From: Enterococcus phage EFAP-1
DNA length: 21,115 nucleotides
Sequence record: FJ792813.1
Strand: one strand, 5' to 3'
This document shows positions 9,501 through 15,952 of the stretch, one piece after another (position 1 is the stretch's first letter; every line of letters starts with the position of its first letter). The translations under genes and the position numbers were made by a program. Below the pieces are notes generated by a model, which was given only the letters and a program-made list of their open reading frames with translations, had not been told where the DNA came from and searched no databases.

Positions 9501-10931
9501 AAGACCGCCACCACCCTCTTTATCCATTTTAACTAAGGCATCTTGGAACTGTCTTACAGATATACTACCTGATGACAATCCTTCTTTTAATTCACCTGTT
9601 GTCATGCCCATTTCTTTTGCTAAGGCATTAAGGGTAGGTCCTAAACCACTGTTAATCATTGAGTTCCACGTTTGCGCATCTACCTTACCATTTGAGAATG
9701 ATTGAGATAACTGAACAACCGCACTATCAACCATCTGTGCATCCCCACCAAAACCTAGGATAGCATCATTCATTGCTTTAAATACGTCAACTGATAATCC
9801 CATATCATCTGTTGATGCTGTTAGCAACTGAACGTTACTCACTGCACTGTCTAAGGCTGTTGGTAACCCACGTGTTGCTTCCTGTAGCTTATCCATGTTC
9901 TTGGTTATATCCCCAGTAGCTACACCCATGTTCTCAAAGGCACGTGTACTATTGTTTAATGTATCAATCCTATTTAATGCACCATCAATTGATGATTTAA
10001 CAGTGTTAAACGCTTTTGAACCAATGTTTGCAACTGCACCTAATGCGCCAGCACCTAAGAATATACCTACACCCTTTGTTGCTGAACCAATAGCAGAACC
10101 AATCTTGCCAAATCCTGACTTGATAGAACTACCTACACCAGAAGCTGTCTTTTTAAGTGATGAAAACACACCATCTAACTTACTAGCACTTGAACTAGCT
10201 TCTTTTGATTCTGTACTTACACCATTCATTGCTTTTTCTGTTTCTTTTAGTTCATCACCTAAAGCATCCACATTCTTTTCACTTTTGCGTGCTTCATTTG
10301 CGTATGCTTGTAGTTTTTGCTGTGCTTCTTTTACCTCTGTTGAGTTAGCACCATACTTCTTAGTTAACTGTGTGACCTCATTTGACTGTTCTCTGACAGC
10401 CTTGTTCATTATCTCTAGGTTGCGTCGTTGACCCTCTTGTTTTGCCTTAACAACGTCTATCTCTGTACCGTGTTTTTTGGCAATAGCAACTTCTTTTTCT
10501 GTTGCCTTGTTATTAGCTTCAACTTGTTTACCGTATTTACTTGAAGAAACCACTTGTTTCTCTAGTGCTGTTGTTGTTTTTGATAACTGTTGGTTGTATG
10601 CATTATACTTAGCTGTTGATTGATTAATTTTAGTGTTAAGATTGTCAACTTGCTTAGATTCAGCACCATATTTCTGAATGGCTTCATCTCTGCGCTTTTG
10701 CAAAATCTTAATCTTTTGTTCTTCTAACCCCATTACTGTGTTTAAGTCTTTTGTTTTTTGACTTAAACCTTGCATACTCTTACCACCGTCATCAAAAGCC
10801 TTTGCATTTGCACGCATAGCACTTTCAGCTTGTCGCATTTTACTTTGTAACTGGTCAAGTGTTTTAATGGTATTGTCTACACCCTCAACACCAATACCAA
10901 ACTTCATATTCCCAATTGGTTTATCTGCCAT
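6561..10931 (-). CDS. tape measure protein with C-terminal lytic transglycosylase (SLT) domain
   Basis: 1456 aa. N-terminal coiled-coil. Central tandem repeats of about 43 aa with periodic W/F (MWDGVKNFF..., MWNGIKNFF..., LWNGIKNTF...). C-terminal QIMRESGGNEKIV...ARGLLQYIPQTF is an SLT-family motif. ATG overlaps the stop of the chaperone -1 frame (TAATG). Confidence 0.9.
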   Translation of the reverse strand: MADKPIGNMKFGIGVEGVDNTIKTLDQLQSKMRQAESAMRANAKAFDDGGKSMQGLSQKTKDLNTVMGLEEQKIKILQKRRDEAIQKYGAESKQVDNLNTKINQSTAKYNAYNQQLSKTTTALEKQVVSSSKYGKQVEANNKATEKEVAIAKKHGTEIDVVKAKQEGQRRNLEIMNKAVREQSNEVTQLTKKYGANSTEVKEAQQKLQAYANEARKSEKNVDALGDELKETEKAMNGVSTESKEASSSASKLDGVFSSLKKTASGVGSSIKSGFGKIGSAIGSATKGVGIFLGAGALGAVANIGSKAFNTVKSSIDGALNRIDTLNNSTRAFENMGVATGDITKNMDKLQEATRGLPTALDSAVSNVQLLTASTDDMGLSVDVFKAMNDAILGFGGDAQMVDSAVVQLSQSFSNGKVDAQTWNSMINSGLGPTLNALAKEMGMTTGELKEGLSSGSISVRQFQDALVKMDKEGGGGLKSLEKIAKDSTQGFGTAIANMKSAVTRGTAKMIEGLNKSLEKMGLPSFQEQITNTGNRFEAFLGGLGNSLPELAKNLSWVGKVFKGTFDVFGKVTGEAWGYLSGFGKKVGMWAENIKRIWKGEGLINVGALGLDIKGINRIDSAVNKFKSSLSGLKSWGYNFKSAWEGNGLVDLDMLGLSDEKMKTVSNAIVGIKESLGRFKDYIKNAFTFGTGDGTPAGFFETLTKVVDFITVEIIPTVIPLIDKALKAITKLLGGAQKIFKIVLDFFVKELLPMIMPIIKELAEALGKIFDKISNWWDQNGDRIGKAIMNLLTLLKPIFAIAIEIVKSFVKSVVGFIDGMVDVITGIIDVFSMVLTGDFTGLWDAIKRIFFGGIQAVWEWFNLMFIGKIFKGVKGLGTSVKGTVKAMWDGVKNFFTSGGSSAGALFDKFGGSIKGIANNFKNAIKNTVSNMWNGIKNFFSSGANGAKNIFDGFKNGISGIANTMKNLVSNTIRNLWNGIKNTFSTGIKTVSGWFADLPNQMVRAVKNGAGAITNAFKGIFNGVLRAIGGPVNGIIGGANWVLEKFGAPQVAKWNVPQYEQGTGSGGHVGGPMVVNDGGGAEMVITPDGNAMIPKGRNVMMNAPKGTHVLNEHETSAFLGKRGRVPFYKKGTGFMDGVKDMWSNTKSFVGNGINKVKETISDVMDWVGKPLDLARNAIMGAMDLGGLSHIPLDMAKGLGSKATSAFAEKVKALFKKKEEEESAGAGGDWAPVIRKAAKYMGQSISSSQVAGLVAQIMRESGGNEKIVQSPDVVDINTLSGNPARGLLQYIPQTFDAYKVPGYGNINNGYHQLLAFFNNSNWENDLQYGKSGWGPRGHRIRGYFNGGIARTPQIATLAENGHPEVIIPTEPSKRGRALALLNQAKQMLGVKDERNHVGGSGESQDMALLVSLMQQQNELLQAILAKNTDVILDGKKMNKELNNLNRTQERNTRRNLGYI
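8113..8279 (-). repeat. DNA-level tandem repeats inside the TMP gene (about 130-nt period)
   Basis: actactaaagaagttcttgataccattccacatgtt versus cacttgtaaagaagttcttgactccgtcccacatggc, encoding the W/F-periodic 43-aa protein repeats. Confidence 0.5.
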
Positions 10932-11200
10932 TAGTCTAGTTCTCCTTTCGCTCTAGCCATTTCCGCTGGTGATAATACTGAACCAAAGAATGACATAGGG
11001 TCTTGCTTCTTCTCTTTTTTAGGGGCTTTCTGATTGTTAAATAAATCTAAAAGAAAGTAGTAATCAGCATTGTTTATCTCTGATAAACTCCAATTACCAC
11101 TTTCTAATAGTTGTCTATATAAGTCATCAAAGTTTTCTAACTGTTCTGCGAATGACGTATTTTCTAATTCTTTTAACTCATCAGCCCCTAGGCTTTTTTT
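10932..11200 (-). CDS. -1 frame extension of the tail assembly chaperone (gpGT-like fusion product)
   Basis: The -1 frame is open from the A7 run for 87 codons (SLGADELKELENTSFAEQLENFDDLYRQLLESGNWSLSEINNADYYFLLDLFNNQKAPKKEKKQDPMSFFGSVLSPAEMARAKGELD) and stops at TAA 10932-10934, overlapping the TMP ATG. Confidence 0.55.
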
Positions 11201-11499
11201 CCTTCGTCATTGCTTCCCATTGCATTTGAGAAAATATCTTCAATCGTAGGCATTAGGTCATCAGCTGTAATTGAATCTTGAATTGCATCAAATGTAACAC
11301 GTGGGTCCATGAACATATCAGCTACTAATTGAATCATTTCATCAATCATTTGTAATTCTGACATTTCAACTTCACCAGCTTCAACTTTTTCAACTGTTGC
11401 ATGGAATTTAATTAGTTCACGCATTGAACGAGTTGAAATTGATTTTTGTTTGACTGTAAAACTTTTTCCTTCTTCATTTTGTAGTGTAATTTTAATCAT
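11188..11499 (-). CDS. tail assembly chaperone (gpG-like)
   Basis: 103 aa, acidic. Located between MTP and TMP. Likely ATG at 11497-11499 with RBS GGAGGA 7 nt upstream (the track start at 11514 is TTG). Ends ...NDEGKKA with the slippery run at its 3' end. Confidence 0.65.
   Translation of the reverse strand: MIKITLQNEEGKSFTVKQKSISTRSMRELIKFHATVEKVEAGEVEMSELQMIDEMIQLVADMFMDPRVTFDAIQDSITADDLMPTIEDIFSNAMGSNDEGKKA
11194..11200 (-). other. programmed -1 ribosomal frameshift slippery site A_AAA_AAA (followed by G) in the chaperone gene
   Basis: GGA AAA AAA GCC TAG in the zero frame. Seven consecutive A residues, two codons before the gpG stop, open the 87-codon -1 frame. Confidence 0.55.
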
Positions 11500-11518
11500 A
11501 ATTGATTCCTCCAATAAA

Positions 11519-11571
11519 TTTATTTTTCTTACTAAAGATATTATAGCATAAACACTGGTGGTTGTGGGTGT
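11519..11571 (-). promoter_or_regulatory. conserved late promoter-like element, copy E1 (upstream of chaperone/TMP block)
   Basis: Minus strand ACACCCACAA-ccaccagtgttta-TGCTATAAT-ATCTTTAGTAAGAAAAATAAA, then RBS GGAGGA. Confidence 0.55.
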
Positions 11572-11589
11572 TGGTGAAACTAGTTCAAA

Positions 11590-11625
11590 TAAAAAGAGTA
11601 CCTACACTTAAGTAAGTACCCCTTC
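11590..11625 (-). terminator. hairpin plus T-run after the major tail protein gene
   Basis: Minus strand GGGGTACTTAC ttaagt GTAGGTACTC followed by TTTTTATTT. Confidence 0.45.
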
Positions 11626-11629
11626 TATA

Positions 11630-11702
11630 TTATGATAATTCAATTGTCACAGATGTTTCATCTGTTGTTATTTCACCCACTAGCGGTGCTTTACTCACTG
11701 GG
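11630..11702 (-). CDS. +1-frame C-terminal extension of the major tail protein (PVSKAPLVGEITTDETSVTIELS)
   Basis: The +1 frame is open from CCA at 11699-11701 to TAA at 11630-11632. The peptide is almost identical to the +1-frame peptide after the MCP gene, and the nucleotide differences are mostly synonymous in this frame. Confidence 0.5.
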
Positions 11703-12260
11703 AGAAACGTTGTTTAACTTGTCAACAAATTTATCTAATGTTAATTTCTCACCAGATACGCCTGACATGTAAGCAATACCACGGTCATCTGTTACAAATG
11801 AACCTTCAATTGTTTCTGTGTTTGGTTCTGTTCCGCCAGATTCGGTTGTGTTTAATGCAATTTCTGGGTGGCTGAAACGACCTTTAGTTAAACCAAAGTA
11901 CATTTCTTTACCGTCTGCGCCGTCTGCTACGAATGTAACTGATACGTATGGTGCTTCTGTATCTTCGCCAACTGATGCAATGCCTTCTTCATCACGTGTA
12001 ATACCCAAGATTTTTTCATATACTCCACCTTTGTATAAGTCAAAGACGTTTAATGTAGCTGATAACTCACCAACACCTTTAGCAGATACCCAAATTGGAA
12101 CGTTTGAAGCATAAACAGTTGTTTGTTCTGCTGAAATTCCTGAAATAGAAGCTTCAATAGTACCGCCACCTGTTTTATCAATTACATGTTTTTCAATTGT
12201 TTTTCCATCTTCGCCACCACGTACTGAAATGATAGCCTTTTTAAACCCTACTACTGCCAT
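11691..12260 (-). CDS. major tail protein
   Basis: 189 aa, MAVVGFKKAIISVRGGEDG... Start ATG 12258-12260 with RBS AAAGGAG. Position between tail completion genes and the chaperone. Composition typical of siphovirus MTPs. Confidence 0.8.
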   Translation of the reverse strand: MAVVGFKKAIISVRGGEDGKTIEKHVIDKTGGGTIEASISGISAEQTTVYASNVPIWVSAKGVGELSATLNVFDLYKGGVYEKILGITRDEEGIASVGEDTEAPYVSVTFVADGADGKEMYFGLTKGRFSHPEIALNTTESGGTEPNTETIEGSFVTDDRGIAYMSGVSGEKLTLDKFVDKLNNVSPSE

Positions 12261-12276
12261 ATTAAAATCTCCTTTG

Positions 12277-12332
12277 TTTTTATATTTTCTTACTAGAATA
12301 ATTATATCATTAATCAACCTGTTTTAGGGTGT
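12277..12332 (-). promoter_or_regulatory. conserved late promoter-like element, copy E3 (upstream of MTP)
   Basis: Minus strand ACACCCTAAA-acaggttgattaa-TGATATAAT-TATTCTAGTAAGAAAATATAAA, then RBS AAAGGAG. Confidence 0.55.
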
Positions 12333-12335
12333 CAC

Positions 12336-12701
12336 TTAGACAACCCTTTGACTGATTGTATAACGTTTGATAACCCTACGAGCGTCTTCTAGGTCTGGGT
12401 CGTAGCTTTGTTGTGATAATACGCACTGAACATTATCTGCACGCATTGTCTTGTCAATATCAAAGTAATACTTTTCAACTTCTTTCAAGTCCTCACACCA
12501 CAAGTCTACCTGTACATGTGTTACAAAATAATTAGGGTCTGCGCTTGCATATTCTGTGTACCGTCCGTCAAGTTCTACCACTCTACCAACTGGTAGTTTA
12601 GGTAGTGTTTGGAATTCTGTTGGCACTTCATTAGTAAACCAGTTGACTTCTGGGTGTGATTGCTCTAGTGTTTCAGCTACTTGTAATACTGGTAATCTCA
12701 T
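12336..12701 (-). CDS. tail completion / tail terminator protein
   Basis: 121 aa. Position immediately upstream of MTP. ATGA overlap with the upstream gene. Confidence 0.55.
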   Translation of the reverse strand: MRLPVLQVAETLEQSHPEVNWFTNEVPTEFQTLPKLPVGRVVELDGRYTEYASADPNYFVTHVQVDLWCEDLKEVEKYYFDIDKTMRADNVQCVLSQQSYDPDLEDARRVIKRYTISQRVV

Positions 12702-13105
12702 TTTAAAAACGCCTCCTGTAATGCTTTTTGAATGATTGATGCAACTTCATCTTCTATACTATTCATGGTTTTTTGTATAAAACCTTGTGGTCTTTGTTTA
12801 ATTGTGCCTAATTCTGGAAAATGTGCCATCCATGCCACATCATCATCAAAGCCAACCTCCGCAACATGCTTGTTCTTGCTTGCTTTACTCATTACTATAT
12901 GGTCCCGCATGTGTTCTTTCTTGTAATCCTGAGCATCTTTACTATACTTTGTACCGTTAAAACGTGGTGTATTACGTTTTAACTCTTGCATACTAGCTTC
13001 ACCAGCTGTGTTTATAGCTTTACTTACAATCTGGTCCGCATTCTTTCCAGCTTTCTGTAGTCGTTTATATGCCTGTGAAAAATCAACATAATTCTTACCA
13101 CTCAC
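12698..13105 (-). CDS. HK97 gp10-family head-tail component
   Basis: 135 aa with ...HFPELGTIKQRPQGFIQKT..., similar to the HK97 gp10 family signature. ATGA overlaps on both sides. Confidence 0.65.
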   Translation of the reverse strand: MSGKNYVDFSQAYKRLQKAGKNADQIVSKAINTAGEASMQELKRNTPRFNGTKYSKDAQDYKKEHMRDHIVMSKASKNKHVAEVGFDDDVAWMAHFPELGTIKQRPQGFIQKTMNSIEDEVASIIQKALQEAFLK

Positions 13106-13437
13106 TTCTTCACCCTCTTACATACAAGGGTTGTAAAGTCACGTTGGAAACTACCTTCTAACACTTGAACAATATCATAGTTAACTCCGTTATATACAAC
13201 ACGCATACTATTGTCAATTTGAAAATGTTGTTCATATCTGATAATAAAGTTTGTTGTATCCTCTAACACTGTACCTAGTGATTCTTTATAGTCTTTAAAG
13301 TATTGTTCTTTCACTGAACACCAGATACTGGATTTTGTTTCCCAATCTGTGACCCACTCATAATATTCGTTCTTATGAGTGGTTTTCTCTTGAATGTCAA
13401 TACGTTTATCAAGTCGTTGTGTTGCTACCTGTGCCAT
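13102..13437 (-). CDS. head-tail joining (head closure) protein
   Basis: 111 aa. W-rich pattern (YYEWVTDWETKSSIWCSV) and position are typical of SPP1 gp16/Phage_H_T_join proteins. Confidence 0.6.
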   Translation of the reverse strand: MAQVATQRLDKRIDIQEKTTHKNEYYEWVTDWETKSSIWCSVKEQYFKDYKESLGTVLEDTTNFIIRYEQHFQIDNSMRVVYNGVNYDIVQVLEGSFQRDFTTLVCKRVKK

Positions 13438-13708
13438 CTTGTAACCCCCTTAGTTGATGAATCATAGCTACAATAGTAAATGGTACTTGTTGTTGAAGTG
13501 CGCTAGTTGCTGGTACTCTGTTTTCATACCAGAGTGAAACCAACATGAACTGTAGGGTGTTAAAGCGTTCATCATCTGGCGCTTCTGTTAATTCAATAGC
13601 ACCAAGTATAAACATTTCACTAGTTGTAATTAGTCCTGTAATATATTCATCATCAAAATTATGGTCAAGTCTTAAATTGTTTTTAACTTGTTCAAGTGTC
13701 AATGTCAT
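13409..13708 (-). CDS. head-tail connector (gp6-like, Phage_connect_1)
   Basis: 99 aa. MTLTLEQVKNNLRLDHNFDDEYITGLITTSE matches the gp6-like N-terminal signature (L..K..LR.D.d.DD..I..LI..a). Confidence 0.65.
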   Translation of the reverse strand: MTLTLEQVKNNLRLDHNFDDEYITGLITTSEMFILGAIELTEAPDDERFNTLQFMLVSLWYENRVPATSALQQQVPFTIVAMIHQLRGLQDGTGSNTTT

Positions 13709-13723
13709 TTACATTACCTCCTT

Positions 13724-13942
13724 TTATACTTCTGGTGATGTTGGACTTACTGTTTCTTTTGTTTTGAATGCTGGTAAATCTACTTTTTCAGATTCTAGCT
13801 TTCCATCTTCCACTGCTGTTGCTTGATAGTCACCTTTTCCATATTGTGTATTAGGTGTTAGTCCTGTTAATTTTGCTGGTGATGTAACCCCAGTTAATAC
13901 TTTAGAACCATCTTTTTTGTAGATATTAAATACTTTAACCAT
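13724..13942 (-). CDS. small FN3/Ig-like domain protein (possible head decoration/fibre)
   Basis: 72 aa from ATG 13940-13942 with RBS AAAGGAG at 8-nt spacing. LTGLTPNTQY...ATAVEDG resembles fibronectin-III/Ig-like folds found on phage capsids. The track's longer start (TTG at 13984) has no RBS. Confidence 0.45.
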   Translation of the reverse strand: MVKVFNIYKKDGSKVLTGVTSPAKLTGLTPNTQYGKGDYQATAVEDGKLESEKVDLPAFKTKETVSPTSPEV

Positions 13943-14000
13943 TGTGTTATCTCCTTTATAATATAATAAGAGGATAGAGCGCAAGCCCTACCCTCCTTGG

Positions 14001-14082
14001 TTAACTCAATTCAATTGTTGCTGATGTTTCAGTAGTTGTTATCTCACCAACTAGCGGTGCTTTACTCACCGCCGACACTGGG
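14001..14082 (-). CDS. +1-frame C-terminal extension of the major capsid protein (PVSAVSKAPLVGEITTTETSATIELS)
   Basis: The +1 frame is open from CCA at 14079-14081 to TAA at 14001-14003. See MTP extension. Both genes share the CCC_AGT_G context upstream. Confidence 0.5.
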
Positions 14083-15318
14083 TGTCAAAGTGATGAACTT
14101 ACCAGCGTTTTTATCAACGATTTCACAGTCAAAGCGCATTGCTACTGCTAATACTTGACCGTAGTATTGGTGTTCTACCCAACGGACAGTAGTGTCTACA
14201 CGGTCAAAGAATACCGCGAACGCGTCAGGTTGTCCTAAGAATGCTACCATGTCACCATCTTTAGCTCCAATTAATTTGTCAGCTAAAACAGTTACTTTGC
14301 GACCTAGTAAAGCTTTACCAGATTGTGCTTTGATGTCATCTTCTAATAAGTAACGTCCGTTAGCGTCTTTCATTTGGTCTAAAGCGTTGAAGAATGATTG
14401 TGAAACGATAAATTCTAAGTTGTAAGCTGGGTCAAAACCAGTGTTAACTTGCGTTTTCAAGTCATCAATAGATTTCGCAGCTACTGCTGTAGCTTCTTTT
14501 AATTTAGCAACAATAGCTTTGTTAGCTGTGTTCAAACCTTGACGTTGAATGTGACGTGCAATGATTCCAGATAAGTCATCATCAGAATCTTGTAAAGCTT
14601 CTTCTGCTACTGCAATTTGACCACGGTAAGTTTCAACTTCATATTTGACTTCTTCGAAAGCTGGTCCTTCTAAATCAGGGTTCTTTTTAAGTTCTTCAAC
14701 TGTTGCCAATACTGCTTCATTAGCTTTCAAGATTGGATATTTACCCATTGCATGTGTTACTTTTTGACGTGTAATCATGTTACGTAAATCAACAACTGTT
14801 TCAGGTAACATTTTAGCTTTTGTGATAATTTCTTCTGGGATAATTGCAGAAGCATCCGCAGACTTAACACCTTCAAATGATTCAGGCAATGCACGTGTTT
14901 CTTTTGAGCGTAAGTATTCTAAGAATCCACGCACTTCTTTATTTTCTACTTCTTTTCCATCTAAAATAACTTTCTCCATGTTTTCTTCTCCTTTTTGCTC
15001 TAGTGAGCGTTTTTCTGTTTTAGGTTCTTCCTTTGGTTCCTCTTTAGGTTCTTCAACATCTTGTTCAGTTTTTGCTGAACGTTCTTCTTTTGTTTCTTCC
15101 TTATCTTCTTTAGGTTCTTCCTTTGGTTCGTCCTTAGCATCTTCTGCTTTAGGTTCTTCCTCTGGTTTCTCCTCTTCTTTATTATCAACTGCACGTTCTT
15201 CTTCTTTAGGTTTTTCCTCATCTAAAGCTTTAATTTGTTGCATTACTTTTTCAGCTTCATCAAGTTTACCTTCTGATAATAAAGTTTGTGCTTGTTCCAT
15301 AAGTTCTTGCCGTGACAT
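14062..15318 (-). CDS. major capsid protein (HK97 type) with N-terminal delta/scaffolding-like domain
   Basis: The C-terminal 280 aa have HK97-fold-like composition. The N-terminal 130 aa are a coiled-coil plus an E/K/P-rich low-complexity region (EEKPKEEE..PKEEPKEEPK). There is no separate scaffold gene between protease and MCP. ATG 15316-15318 with RBS AGGGG (the track start is GTG at 15324). Confidence 0.85.
   Translation of the reverse strand: MSRQELMEQAQTLLSEGKLDEAEKVMQQIKALDEEKPKEEERAVDNKEEEKPEEEPKAEDAKDEPKEEPKEDKEETKEERSAKTEQDVEEPKEEPKEEPKTEKRSLEQKGEENMEKVILDGKEVENKEVRGFLEYLRSKETRALPESFEGVKSADASAIIPEEIITKAKMLPETVVDLRNMITRQKVTHAMGKYPILKANEAVLATVEELKKNPDLEGPAFEEVKYEVETYRGQIAVAEEALQDSDDDLSGIIARHIQRQGLNTANKAIVAKLKEATAVAAKSIDDLKTQVNTGFDPAYNLEFIVSQSFFNALDQMKDANGRYLLEDDIKAQSGKALLGRKVTVLADKLIGAKDGDMVAFLGQPDAFAVFFDRVDTTVRWVEHQYYGQVLAVAMRFDCEIVDKNAGKFITLTPSVGGE
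15010..15200 (-). repeat. tandem coding repeats (TTTAGGTTCTTCCTTTGGTTC-type) inside the MCP delta domain
   Basis: Repeated units at about 15019-15040, 15108-15130 and 15150-15175 encode PKEEPKEE repeats. Alternative frames give K-rich and S-rich phantom ORFs. Confidence 0.5.
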
Positions 15319-15336
15319 ACGCACACCCCTTAGTTT

Positions 15337-15389
15337 TTTATTTTTCTTACTAAAGATAGTATATCACGAACAAGGGAACTTGTGGGTGT
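15337..15389 (-). promoter_or_regulatory. conserved late promoter-like element, copy E2 (upstream of MCP)
   Basis: Minus strand (TA)ACACCCACAA-gttcccttgttcg-TGATATACT-ATCTTTAGTAAGAAAAATAAA, then RBS AGGGG. The upstream motif overlaps the protease stop codon. Confidence 0.55.
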
Positions 15390-15952
15390 TACTTGTATAA
15401 CCCTAATAGGTTTAATTCTAATTCTAGTTTACGCTTTTGAAATTGTTTTGCTTCCTCTTCCATTTGTTCTAATGAACGTTTAGCCACACTAACATCTGTG
15501 TCTGCATATGCTGGAATTGAAACCAGTGAGATTTCAAATAGTGATTTGATTTGTTTGATAGTTCTGTGGTTGATTCCATCAGCTTTGCGCCATTCATCTT
15601 TAGCAACTGTGAATCCAAACGAACACTGACTAAGGTCACCGCGTTTAACTAGTTCCATTGCATCACGTCCAACTGATGTATCAGGAAGTAATGCTCTAAA
15701 TTTTAACCCAATGTCGTCAACCTCTAATGTTAATGTTCCACTCTTTGTCCGTCCTAATAACTTACTTGAATCATGGTCAACGAACATACGAACGTCACTC
15801 ATATCAACACCATCTAAAGCACGCTTATCAATGAATTCAATGAATCCACCTAAGTTCTCACTAGGTGAATCAAACTTTAAAGCGTACCCCTCAACAATGT
15901 TGTCTGTTACTGTTTCAACTTGCTGTAGTTGTCTAATTTCAAGATTCTTCAC
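15389..15952 (-). CDS. prohead maturation protease (HK97 family, S78/U35)
   Basis: 187 aa. Position between portal and MCP. GTG start at 15950-15952 with RBS AAGGAGTG. 14-nt overlap with the portal end. Confidence 0.8.
   Translation of the reverse strand: MKNLEIRQLQQVETVTDNIVEGYALKFDSPSENLGGFIEFIDKRALDGVDMSDVRMFVDHDSSKLLGRTKSGTLTLEVDDIGLKFRALLPDTSVGRDAMELVKRGDLSQCSFGFTVAKDEWRKADGINHRTIKQIKSLFEISLVSIPAYADTDVSVAKRSLEQMEEEAKQFQKRKLELELNLLGLYK

Noticed and set aside
14777-15400. 207-aa S-rich plus-strand ORF and the 73-aa K-rich minus-strand ORF (15000-15221)
   Set aside because: Both are alternative-frame readings of the E/K/P repeat DNA in the MCP delta domain. Their periodic low-complexity composition is an artefact of the repeats.
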